From assembly GCA_905178155.1 (NCBI GenBank), contig CAJINV010000001.1, positions 7,485,506 through 7,549,505 of the forward strand: DNA of 64,000 bases, in the 5' to 3' direction. The notes below the pieces were generated by a model that saw only the letters and a program-made list of their open reading frames with translations, searched no databases and was not told the origin of the DNA. Origin of the DNA: Amoebophrya sp. A120 (Eukaryota; Protista; Dinoflagellata). This document shows, piece by piece, positions 47,301-59,640 of the stretch. The position numbers and the translations under genes were made by a program. Position 1 is the stretch's first letter. Every line of letters begins with the position of its first letter.

Positions 47301-50300
47301 GAATCACTGACCGGACACCTGCTGGCTGCGCTGGAGTTTGACGTGTTGGACGACGCCGATCGCGCCACTATGGAACTCGAGCAGTACTGCACCGAACTGC
47401 GGCAAAAAGGCGACCCCGCGCATCCACTCCTGCTCCTCGCGTTTGCCCGCATCGGAATGGTGAGTGTCATTGGAGCAGCAGAATTAAAATCGACATCAAA
47501 CGTTGACGCAGACCAACTGCTGCACACGTTCTATTCCCGGTATCCGGGAATGGCCGAGATGTTGCTCACGCCAGACGAGAAAGAAACTGCCCAGCAAGTA
47601 AAGGATGACAGTGCAGCGCAGAACGATGAAACCAACCAAAGAGCCACTGGTACTCTGGCAAGCCCTGCGGACCAGTGGGAAGATGCGAAAGATACTTATA
47701 ACCTCAAGTCCGACGCTATGGACGAGCTTATTGCGCTGACGGGCCTGCGAAAGGTGAAAATTGCAGCACTGCAGCTCTTCAAGACCGGCCGCGTTTTCGC
47801 GGATATGGACGCCGCGAAGCGGAAAAAAAATGCGCCCTCGCTGAACTACGTCTTTCTGGGAAACCCAGGGACCGGGAAAACAACGGTGGCGCGGTTGTTT
47901 GCGCGCATTTTGCGAGATGCTGGGCTTCGGACCAAGACTAATTTCGAAGAGTGCAGCGCGCAGACGCTCAAGGAGGAGGGCGTTGACGAGTTCAAGAAGA
48001 AAGTGCAGAATGCTATGGACGGGGTGCTGTTCATCGACGAAGCTTACAATCTGGACCCGATGGGTGACAGATTTAAGGGCGGCCCCATTGCCAACGAACT
48101 GCTGACCTTTTCCGAGAATGAGCGGGAGCGGCTGTCCTTCATCCTGGCGGGGTACGAGGACGAGCTGAACGACAAGCTTTTCGCGTTCAACCCGGGTTTC
48201 AAGAGCCGATTTACCGAGGTGGTATTTGAAGACTTCGATGAGGACGAGCTTCTGTCCATTTGGAACCACCAGCGCGAAGACAGGGAATGGCGGGAGGCCG
48301 ATGACCGGCTGGGGAAGGTGGTCATCCGCCGGTTGGCCAAGCTTCGAGGTCGCAAGGGCTTTGGCAACGCGCGGGATGTGCGGAAGAGGCTGGATGAAGC
48401 CTGCAACCGTGCCATGAACCGCGACGAGGTTGACGCGAGCAACCTGGTAATCGAGATGACGGACGCCGTGGGCGAGAATCCGGTCTACAATGACAAGTTG
48501 CGCAAGCTGCTGAAGAACATCGAGAAAATGACGGGGTGGGCGAAGGTGAAAAAGGCCATGCAGGCTCTGGTGAAAACCTGCGGCGAAAACTACGACCGCG
48601 AGTTGAATGGGCAGGCGCCCCTGCCGGTGTTTCTGAACCGCATGTTTTTGGGAAACCCCGGCACCGGGAAAACCACCTGCGCCAAACTGTACGGGCAACT
48701 CCTCAAGGAATTGGGGTTTCTCTCCAACGGGGAGGTGGTGGAAAAAACGGCTGGCGACCTCGGTGGTGCGGTCGTGGGCGAGGCGAAGCAAAAGACCGTG
48801 CAGCTGCTGGAGTCGTGCCGCGGAAAAGTGTTGCTCATCGACGAGGCCTACGGGCTAGACGACGGCCTATACGGGAAGCAAGCCCTGGACGCCCTAGTCG
48901 AGAAGGCGCAGGGCACCGAGGCGGACGACATTGCGGTGCTGCTGCTCGGGTACGAAGAGCAGATGCTGACCATGCTGAAAAACCAGAACCCCGGGCTGAG
49001 TCGCCGGTTCGCGCCGGAGCAGGCCTTCTACTTCGAGGACTACACGCCACCGGAGCTTGACGCGATTCTGATGCAAAACTGCAAAGATCAGCAGTATCGT
49101 CCCAGCATGGAGTTCCGCGAAAAGGCGAAGAAGAAACTTGAACGGCAAAAGCGCAGCGAAGCCTACTTCGGCAATGCGGGCGCGGTGAAAAACCTGCTGA
49201 AGGCCGCCTTGACTAAAGCCTCTGCGTCTCGGAAATGCGAGGCAGACGGCACCATGAAGCTGCTTCCCGAGGACATTGAGATGCCGGAAGACGAGTTTGC
49301 AGGAACGGATCCGTTTGAAGAGCTGGACAAGTTGTACCGAATGGACAAAGTGAAAGAGACGCTCCAGAAGGTCAAGAACCAAGTCGATCTCGCGGAGCAA
49401 GAAGGCGACGCACGGCCGGATCTTGGCCACTTCGTTTTCGTTGGCGCACCGGGAACCGGGAAGACCACGGTGGCCCGCATCATGGCCCGGTTGCTGTACC
49501 GCTCAGGATTCCTGGCCCGCGAGACGGTGGTCGAGACCACCGGGCAGAACCTCACCGGCGAGGCCGTCGGCACCACCAAAAAGAAGGTGGAGGACGAGCT
49601 GGACAAAGCCCGAGGCGGGGTGTTGTTCATCGACGAAGCGTACGAACTGGGCAAGAGCATGTACGGCTCCGAGGCCTGTTCCGCACTTGTTGCTGCTATG
49701 ACCAGTGAGAAGTACGCTGGCTTGGTGATCGTTTTCGCGGGCTACCAGTCGGAAATGCAAAAAATGCTCGACACCAATCCCGGGCTCAAAAGCCGGTTTA
49801 AGCATTTCCTGGAGTTCCCCGATTGGGATGCCGCAGACTGTCTGGATCTGCTGCAAAAGCGCGCTGTCAAGGAGAGTTATGCAATGGAAGACGCCGCAGC
49901 TGTCGATCGTGTCCTGGAGAAAGGCTTCGAGAAGCTGCGGAAGTTGGCAGGCTGGGGAAACGCTCGTGATGTCGACAGTGTTTGGAAAGAAATGCTTGCG
50001 CAACGCGCTGATCGTCTCGCGGGATGCCCGGACGACGGGCGGCCAGAGCGTACGTTGCAGACTGACGACGTCAAGACTGCGATCGAAAACCTCATCAATA
50101 TTCGGATGGGGAACGTATCCTCGGGCGCCTCTTCCGCTTCGAACGCGGATCCGTTTGCGCCGCTGGATAACCTTTATCGCATGAGTCTCGTAAAGGAAAA
50201 ACTGCAGGGAATCAAACTTCGCGCTGAAATGGCCTTGAAAGACGGCGAGGACCCGCCGCCGCTTGGGCACTTCGTCTTCTCTGGGGCGCCGGGGACGGGC

Positions 50301-52541
50301 AAGACCACAGTCGCGCGCGTGATGGCGGACATCTTGGCGAGACTGCAACTCATTGGACGCAATAACGTTGTTGAGACGTCTGGTCTTGAGCTTACCGGCG
50401 AATTTGTTGGTCACACGAAGAAAAAAGTCGAAGAAGAGCTGGACAAAGCAAAAGGAGGCGTTCTGTTCATTGACGAGGCTTACGAGCTCGGAAAAGGGCA
50501 ATTCGGAACCGAAGCGGTCACGACACTGGTTGCCGCAATGACAGATCCGGCGTACGCGGGCCTCACCATCGTCTTTGCGGGATACCAAGCCGACATGTTC
50601 AAAATGCTTGACGCCAACATCGGACTCAAGTCTCGCGTGAAACACTTTATCGAGTTTCCAGATTGGACTGCCGACGATTGCAGTCACCTGTTTTACAAAA
50701 TGGTGACGGACAAAAGTTTCGAATTAGATTCCGACCGCACGAAACCGCTTCTCTTGAAGGGCTTCAAAACTGTCATTCCACTCAAAGGTTGGGGAAACGC
50801 GCGCGACGTGCACAAATTTTGGGATGCTGTAATGGAAAATCGAGCCACGCGAGAAAACGTGACACCCTCGGGAGAAGGGACAAAGATTATTGCCGTGGAC
50901 GACGTGAAACTTGCAATGAACAGCTTTGTGGCGGAGCGACAGGGAACGTCCGCGAATACAAAGAAACTTTCAGCAGACCCATTTGCCGCTCTCGACGCCT
51001 TGTATCGCATGGACGATGTGAAGAAAGTTTTGCAGACGCTGCGCGACGCATACGAGATAGCAAGCGTGGATGGCGTAGATCCGCCACCGCTGGGCCATTT
51101 CGTTTTTGACGGCTCTCCCGGCACCGGAAAAACCACCGTGGCGCGGGTCATGGCCGAAATTCTGGCCAGTCTTGGTTTGATTGCGCGCGGACACGTGGAA
51201 GAGACGTCGGGACACAAAATGTGCGGCCAGTACGTAGGCGAGACCAAAAATGTCGTTAAGGATTACTTGAATCGCGCCCAGGGAGGGGTATTATTCATCG
51301 ACGAAGCATACAGTATGGGACGCGGGCAGTTCGGCAAGGAGGCGGTGGACTCTCTCGTGGAGGCCATGACGGATCCTCAGTACGCGGGCGTCGTCGTGGT
51401 CATCGCCGGCTATCCCAGAGACATTAGTGACATGCTGGATTGCAACGCGGGGCTCAAGAGCCGGTTCACTCATAGACTGCCATTTCCAGACTGGGCCCCG
51501 AAAGATTGCGTGGAATGCTTCAAGAAAAAGGCGGCAACGAAGGAATTTCAGCTCGAAGCCGGGGTGGAGCAGATTCTCTTGCAGGGCTTCAAGGTTCTCT
51601 CCCGGCTCGGTGGATGGAGCAACGCGCGGGACGTCGGGGGGTTGTGGGACGCTGCGTACAGGGAGCGTGCCGCAAGATCGAAGCAGACCGGAGATACGAA
51701 CAAACTTCTCACCAAGTCGGACATTGATAAGGCACTCCGTTCGAAAATCGATGACCGAAAGGCGGGAACTGACCAGAAAAGCATGTTGGGAGGACGAGCA
51801 GCCGGTGACGACGATGAATCCGCTCCGGTACGGATGGTTGACAGCAGTGCGGCGCCATCTTCGTCGGGGCAAGTGCAGGACCGCGACCAAGACGTGGAAA
51901 ACAAAAATGAGCGGGAGGAGTGCGCAGAGCAGCAGTGCGAACTGGAACTCGAGGAGGTCTTGCTAGACGACGTGTCGGGCGACGGGGGGAATGGCGGCCT
52001 CGATCCTGTGTGCACGCCAGTCGCCGAGCGTGACCCCGGTGTCTCTGATGAGGTTTGGAACGAGCTCCAAGCCGCAAAAGAAGAGGAAGAGCGGTATGCT
52101 GCTGAGCTGGCGGCTAAAGAGGAGGAGCGGAAACGAATCGAAGCGCAAATCGAGGCAGAAATGCGCGCAAAACAGGTACTCGTACTTCATATTCAATTTT
52201 CGGCATTTGCTTTGCTGGTTTGCATCGAGCAAAACCCAGATATGTTTTCTCTCTTAGTACCCGACCTAAACACAGAACCAAACATGATCGATGGTGCAAT
52301 TGCATAATAACAGCTCGCCAAAGAAGCTTACGAAGCGAAGATGCGGGAACTGGAGCGATTGCGTGCGGAGGAAGAAGCGAAACGCCGTGAGCGGGAACGA
52401 ATTATGCAGAAGCTGCGCAAAATTGGAAATTGCCCTATGGGTTTTGTTTGGTACAAAACGGGCGGAGGGTGGCGCTGTGCAGCAGGGGGTCACTTCGTCA
52501 GTGACGCGCAATTGCACCGCGATTTTTCGATGCCATGCTAG
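38400..52541 (+). CDS. Giant ZNFX1-like SF1 helicase / NF-X1 zinc finger / 5x CbbX-type AAA+ protein (~4,615 aa); exons 38400-42744, 42901-52175, 52314-52541
   Basis: GT-AG introns 42745-42900 and 52176-52313 join three ORFs in phase (13,848 nt). Motifs: CCCH finger, QGPPGTGKS, LSYKNHA, VEEASE, IGDHLQLQP, SMFERL, QRRM, ILTPYKGQ, TVDRFQGDEAD, VLLSRAR, many PCGHxC repeats, five GxPGTGKT/IDEAY modules, terminal CPMGFVWYKTGGGWRCAAGGH. Confidence 0.9.
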
Positions 52542-53455
52542 GTAGGTGGCGTCGAAGCATACCGAAACACTGAAGTCAGAAAATCCCTATCCTCTTCTAG
52601 AAAATTAGAGCTTATGCAGAAGCATTTTTTCTATGTGTAAAGTACAGGCCTAGTTTAGTCAGTTGAAATTCATCACTATTATTTGATAATGTGACGAATG
52701 TTGTATATACAACAGAGCATACAGTTTTCTGTTTTTCGATACAGTGCCGGTAGACATGATCACAGTAAAGAACTTGAAGACCACACAGAAATCGTAACAT
52801 AAAATCTTCATTTGTGTAGCTGACATTGTCCTATTGGTAAGTAGTTTCCAAGAAGAGCGGTGAACGACCGAAAATCTGTAAAATTTCCCGGTGCCAGGAA
52901 TCACTTTGATTCCCTCATTCTTCAATTTTTTGGCACCCAAGTCACCCATTCCAACATACAAGTTTGTTAAAACTCATTCTTATCAGAAAAAAAATACAAG
53001 AACCCATTCAGATCTAGAAGCTTCAACGTCATTCATGTTGCCGCTTGAATCCGTTTTATTTTCACAGCAGGCTCTTTGTCTTTCATGACTGAACCAACGG
53101 CGAGTGTTTGCTGTTATTGATTTATCATGCTTTTTCTTGGCCAGTCATGCGCTACAGCACAAGAGAGAGCACTAGCATCAAGCCAAAACGATGCTCTGAA
53201 GTCGTCTGGTTTGTTTCGTGTAAAGTGCTTTCGTCGAAAGATTCGACTTCGTAGCTGAGTGAGAGTTGGGCACGAAGAATCGCGGCAACAAGTTTATCGC
53301 TCGCGCACGCCCTGTAATTGATTCCTTCGCGACATGATCTAACCCTGAGCGCGACGGAGGCTGCGTGAATCATGCCGACAATCGCATCGAAGAGACAAGG
53401 GTCGTTCGCTCTGAATACCACGCCCCACCACGGCGAGAGCTAATTTTTGATTCGT

Positions 53456-54182
53456 GCCGGTTTTGTATGTAGTGAGGTCACCGAACGGTTCTAACCGGGG
53501 AGTTTTTTTGCCACCCAGACAGCAAAACGGCCGGCAGTTTTCAAGCGGCCGGAAGCGTTTTTTGACATAAAACATTTTCAATTATCAAGCGGACGGGGCT
53601 TGGCGTCAAACAAGCCCGGTCGAAAACTATCGATTCGCACTTGATAAAACGACGCAGGGGAGCTGGCAAAAGGGGCGCCCTTCTGAGGCGCCCACCGCCT
53701 TAGTTTCTGGCGATTTTGGGCGTCCAAAAAGGGGCGCGCAAAAAACGCGCCCAAAATCAGAACAGCGAAACAGCATGGCGCGGCCGCGATTTCGGAGCAT
53801 TTTGGGCGGCCGCGAAAGCGGCCGCCTTTTCGCCGGTTTCAGAGCCTGGGAAGCTTTGCAAAAAGCGCCGGCGTGAAAAATAAAAACGCGAAAAAGAAAA
53901 AGCGGCCCGCACGCGCAAAGCCAATCCGCATGCTATGGGCCCGATTTTTCTTCGCTTTTTGGGCGCCCCCCGTGGCACCCGGATCGGCCCCATAGCATGG
54001 GGGCTGGCCTTTGGAAAGGGGCTTTGCAAATGTGCTGAAATTTGTGATGTTTCTCAAGTGACCGCCATACCGTGCGGCATAACGTTACTCAGGGCGGTAT
54101 GGCGAGCCCAGAAAAAGCAAAGCCGCGGCCAAGGCAGCGGTCGGCAAAAAAACGCCCACGACCTCACTACCCCCGCCCCGGC
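53456..54182. mobile_element. GC-rich foldback/MITE-like segment with nested inverted repeats
   Basis: GTAGTGAGGTC (53469-79) vs GACCTCACTAC (54160-70). GTTTTTTTGCC (53502-12) vs GGCAAAAAAAC (54143-53). Inner 16/17 inverted repeat at 53929-45 / 53983-99. No TSD or transposase found. Confidence 0.5.
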
Positions 54183-54501
54183 GGCTATATATGGCAATGT
54201 GAAATGATGTCTATCCCTGTCGCGTATGTGTTTTCTCATTCACTTTCACTTTCTGATTCTGTTTCCTCGTTCAAGGGTCTTGCTTGCCCCGGAGCCGCAA
54301 GCACGACCGACAGACCAGAACGTGGCTACGGCCCAGGTGCGTGACCGAAACAAGATGTCCACGCTATCAGCATTTCTAGCGTAGTCCGAGCACTACTCAA
54401 CGAAGCAGGCTGGCAAGCGTCATCTGCGGACAGACGGCACCGCAATCCGAGGTGAGCAGAAGTTCTTCTGGATCCTGGCCTGAGCCCGCTCGTCCACGAC
54501 G

Positions 54502-57041
54502 ATGCCGACCCTAGTGGAACAGAGCCCGGATTTCGTTCCGAACTTGCCGAGTACGACGGTCTCGGACGACTTCAACTACAACGTAGCCGATGGCGAGTTC
54601 AAGTACCGCAACGACCGAACCCACAAGGGTCTGGTCAAGTGGAAACTCGCAAAAACGGTCCCAGATATCGGTGGTACGGGGTGGAGGACGAAACAGGGGC
54701 ACACGCTAAAAAATCACAACTTCTACCGAACGCCGCCAAATTCAAACAAATGGAATGATCCGGTAGGGGGGTTTTTGTTGTATCTCGCTACTGTAAGTAA
54801 AAGTAGTGATTTGCCCATGCAAAACACCTTGCATGAAGACGCATGTAGACGCAAGACCACTACTTCTTTCTGAGGTTTGCAAATTGGAAAACTGATGTCA
54901 TACTTGTCTGCAGGTACACGCCGGCTACGAGTCATGGCGTGCATTCCACGGTCCCAGGTTAGAGACCAACGCTCGTCTCATCGAACAAATGGACAGCATG
55001 GACGACCTCATTGAAAATTGGGAAAAGAGAAAAGCGTATTCAGACTTCCTAAATTTTCAACACAACGTAATGCCTGTCGCTTCTATTTGAAAGCGCAGAT
55101 GACATTCTCACCTCTATCTTTCATCGGCGGACGAAGTGCTGCACCCCTTTTCAATTTTTTGCGCACATTTCCATTACAGTTTCGTGAACCGAACCCGAGC
55201 CGAGCAGTTGGATCGGTTTTGGCGGCAAAAGAGGTCACGGATGCGGCTAGAGCGAGCGACAAGCTGGACGCCGCACTTGCGGGCGAAACGAGAATTCCAT
55301 GACATATACGACTCATTCGACGGAGATATCAACTCGTTGCCGTACTGGGCTCTGCGGAAGGTTTTGACCGAAGAAGTGGTTGCCGGGGACCGAAGGGCAA
55401 TCGATAACATAACATGTAAAATTTTATTTCCTCTTTCGTGCAAAGTTGTCACCACGTCGCTGAGTTTTAAGTTGTTAAGTGCAGTGATAGATTCATCAAA
55501 ATCGAAATCCTTGATTAAAAGGAACTGCACCAATAGAATCGTTGCGCTGTGGGTAAGTACCAGATTAGTGAAAATCAACTCGCTGTCTAATTCCAGAAGA
55601 AAAACACGTTTACAGCAAAATTCATGCGGGAAGACGCGTTCAAGCGAATGCTGAAGGCGTGGCGCAACAACCGCAGAATAGAAATTATGTCGGACTTCGC
55701 CGACCGCTCGGAGTACAATCAGAGACTACAACAAATGGCGGGCCAGCCCACGGCGGAGCGACAGCCGAGAAAGGTTGGCTTTGTAACTTTTGTATGGCGT
55801 GTTTTCCTTGCGTTGGGCACAGCGCATGAATGACGGCGACCTACCAGTAGAGATCCAACCTGGTTTTGTTGTTCTTCATACCCATTTTGATAGTCATAGT
55901 ACTAGTGCACAATGACTTCATGACACACACATACAGCACACACGGCCGATGGTAACCTCGCGACTCAACGAATTGAGCAAAGCCAAGGAGGAGTTTTCCA
56001 GTGCCGATATCACCGCACACACGAACTTCAGGAATTTGCGTATCTTATTTCTCCTTTGATGCATCGTATGGGCAATAGAGAAACTGTACAGCACCGCATC
56101 ACGATATTTTGGTGAGCGATGCGCCACAGCAATAGTAAATCCACGAGTTTATTCACTAAAAATATAAACTTGAACAAAACCTAACAGCCCTAATCGACAA
56201 TGCGGTGGCGCTCGAGAAGCTGCAACCAGGCAGGGGCAAGAACGATTCCCTGATGGTGAAAGAAAAAGTGCTGCAACACGTGCTTTCCGTCCGACACCCC
56301 GAGAGACTACACCGGCCCGACAGAAGTTCGTTCCCGTCGCCCGAGCCGCTGCCGACCGAACCGCAAATGCACGGTGAGTTTATGTTTTCGCTTTGATGCC
56401 TCGTGATCAGACACATTTTCTCATGTGTTTCGTAGACGAAGTATTTCAATGTCGTGTAAATTTTTCCGTTCGTGGACGATGTATTTCGTGTAGAAAAAGG
56501 AAACACGACGAGTCAAACTTCGTTTGGTTTTGTACTTTAATAAATAAACTGAAATCAGGTATAATGGAGCGAACTCCACTCGCTACCACGCTGCAAAAGG
56601 AGTATCAGCAAGAATACGATCGCGGTATGGTCGACGACGAAATCGAGCGCATGACGTCGTGGTACAGAACAGCGAGAAACCCGACCGGAGAGCCAAAGTA
56701 AGTAGCGGTTTAGCTTTACAATGACGGACGAACTACATTGATCGCATTTGCTTGGCAGGTTCGATTTTTTACACCTTGTGTGAACCTGAATTCCAATTGA
56801 TTCTTTTTTTGGAATAAATCGCACTTATACCTCACACTACAGACTCTTGCCCGGACTCGAGATTCACCGTGCGACTGCCCGGTCAGACATCAAGGAAGTA
56901 TACGACGCTCTGGACCGATTCGAGGCGGAATTCAAGCCTATCGATGTCCTCGGGAACTTTTGGGACACAGCCCCACGGAGACAAACGGGCGAGGTCGAGG
57001 ACCAACTGGCAGACGAAGAGGCGGCGTACGCGGCGTCGTGA
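54502..57041 (+). CDS. Hypothetical 8-exon protein (467 aa); exons 54502-54762, 54914-55035, 55180-55415, 55616-55773, 55937-56039, 56188-56373, 56559-56697, 56843-57041
   Basis: Seven GT-AG introns, all phase-compatible. Exons total 1,404 nt and end in TGA. No domain recognised. An extra upstream exon is possible. Confidence 0.75.
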
Positions 57042-57682
57042 CGCTCCTTTTCGGTTCTTGGTGTGCCGGTGTGAGTCGCGGCAAAAATGTTGTAAAAATG
57101 TAAGAACTTGATGTTCATCACAACTTAACAATCCGAATAAATGTCTTGTTTATGATAGGTAATCTTAATCTACTAGCAAAAGTCTGACACGGCTCGCCGA
57201 GCTTGAAATGTCCGAATCTTATCTCAGTTTTACTGTTTTACTTCTAGCGATGTTTTGGAACAAATATCTATGCAAAATGAATTCTGCAAAGAATGCAACG
57301 TTTCCGAAAAATGCAACCGGGGTTTGCCGTGCAGCCGGCATGACCAAGCGGAAAACTTGTACCATACTGAAAGTGAACTTGGGCTAAGCAAGAAGCTAAA
57401 GAAACATGCAACTCTCGGCCGCAGTCAGCCGTACAATTTTTGCAGCTGTGTGCTGTAGGGTAAGGCGCTGTTTCATGTGTCGTTTGATGGATTTCAATTG
57501 CTTCTAGTTTTTTCTCGATCTGATTCTGATTTTTTTCCTTTTTCTCGCTTTGAAGCAAGGGCAACAGGCCCTCGTGATAAATTTCATTTCTTTTCAGTAG
57601 ATCTTTTATCGTGGAACAAGAAGATTGTTGGAATGCTGAAAAAGGTTTTTGCAGAAATTCTACATTGAAGAGAACAGAAATT

Positions 57683-58755
57683 ATGTTTTCCTCCACAAGT
57701 TTCCGTCCCCTTCCTCTGCTCCAGGTCCCGCCCAGAACAGTAGCAACCCTCGGCGGTTCCTGTTCTGGCGGAGGGGCAACTTCCTCGTCACGAATACGCA
57801 ACGTTTGCGCTGGTATGCTATCACCCCCGTATCCGCAACCGGCAATAATATGCGCAGACGGAAAAAGTTCTGTTGCTCCTGCCGGGCCATCAATCTTCAA
57901 TATGGACCCCTGGTCTGTTTTTCGATCCGATCAGTCAGACGTGAGGCGGTTTTCAGCAGACGAGAGGACGCTAGTGATGCGAGTCCTACCACAGTTCCGA
58001 TCGTTTGCTTTCACGGCCCAGGCTGCGCAGGCCTTGAAAACCCTGCGCGAGGCTGTGCCGCCAAAAAAGAAGGTAATCCAGCTGTCCAAGAAGGAGCGGA
58101 AACAGCTGCAGGGAAACATCGGGAAATACGCAAACAGCGCGGGGAGACCGGAATTCCACAACGTGGATTTGGATCGGCACGGCCGGATCTGCGAACCGAC
58201 CGACGTTTTCGAAATTGTCATCACCACCAGCAAAAACAACGTCTGGATCGTACCAAAATACTTGTTTTGACGCCTCAGTTTGTTCTATGGCGGATGATGA
58301 TTTTTTTGGTAGCTATTACAGTACCGAAGAAGCTTGCGCCATATTGATTTTTCTGTTTCAGAGACGGGGTCAGCGACAGCACACTACGTACTGTCACCTT
58401 GAGCGTTCATGCCTACCTGTGCTTTGATTTGACTCGCAAAAGCAAAAACTTCCAGGTGGTGAACAACAAAGCACGGGAAGGCCGCACGGTTTTCTCGTCC
58501 CACGCCGGCAACGTAGGACTGCGCAAGTCCGGCCGCCGCACCATCGACGCGGCGCACCGAATCGCGTCGAACATAGCGCGCAAGTGCAAGCGGCTGGGCG
58601 TGTCGGTCTGCGAAGTCCGGTTCCGCTGGCTGATGAAGGTGGAAGCTATTCTGCAGGCCTTCCAGGCGCAGGGACTGCACATCACCCGAGTAACGCACGT
58701 CCCACGGCTCCCCAAGGGAGACCCGCACAAGTGTCGGAAGAGGAGGCGCGTGTAG
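57683..58755 (+). CDS. MRPS11: Mitochondrial ribosomal protein uS11m; GT-AG intron 58250-58455
   Basis: IVITTSKNNVWI|VV...SSHAGNVGLRKSGRRT..AA and C-terminal ITRVTHVPRLP...CRKRRRV match the S11 family. Long Ser/Arg-rich N-terminal extension is compatible with organelle targeting. Confidence 0.85.
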
Positions 58756-59640
58756 GGACGTACTGCACCGGATGTTGACCACGTCCTTCATTCCTACTCT
58801 TACTGCGCAATACGAACTCATTTTTGTGCAGTAAATTGAACGTCATTTTTTGCTTCGTCCACGTACTAACTGATGAGCCCAGGATATCGTGCGACATAGA
58901 AATGCCCGCGTGAACTTCGTACTACTTGAGACAGAATCGTGAAAATTTCAAAATCTGTAGAGTACACACAACCACGCGCGCAACGTTCTGAGACAATGTT
59001 ACGACTGCGCAAGCATGATCGGTTTCGCTTTTATTTGCTGACAAATTCTCTGTGTTTTTCTGCAAACTGGCATCGTGAAAACCGCTGTATTTCGGTGATT
59101 TTATTTTCAATCGTGAGTCGGGGTAAACATACGATTTTCATTTTTTCCCTTTGCATTTGTGCTTTTCCTATCTACTTTTTTGCAATCTTGGTAGTCGTTC
59201 TTTTTCGGTTCACAACAGGTCCTTTTTGGAATATAATTCCCGATAGAGTACCCTCATTTTTGCAAGTGTACTTTCAGTGTACATCAACAGGCCCGATAAA
59301 GGGTCGATCTGGCTGCACTTCTTGAAGTAGTTGGAATAGTGTGCCAAGCACAACTTCTTTGAGATCTCGTCGTGCTTCACTCAAAGAATCTCAAATCAGC
59401 GACTGTTTTAACTACTTCATTTGAGTCTACTTTTGGGCCAAAAAGTAAATTTCGTCTACTTCATACATTTGGGTCGTTTCATTTTACATTTCGTATGGTT
59501 TCGAGAAAGCAAGGCTGCTCCTTGTGACTTTATCAGAGATTCTTCCAATTTCCTACATCCTCACCATCTTTCTGTTTCTTTAGCCTCCGAGCCTGATTCA
59601 CAAGAAGTTTGCGAGTACGCACCTCCTCCCTGGATGCAAC

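Noticed and set aside
47800-51770. CbbX Rubisco activase or SpoVK function
   Set aside because: The AAA modules are of that clade but are fused in a helicase polyprotein; nothing indicates carbon fixation or sporulation.
47496-52077. Long minus-strand ORFs (431 aa, 394 aa and others) opposite the AAA array; similar ones opposite other genes
   Set aside because: Antisense shadows of GC3-rich coding sequence with no recognisable motifs.
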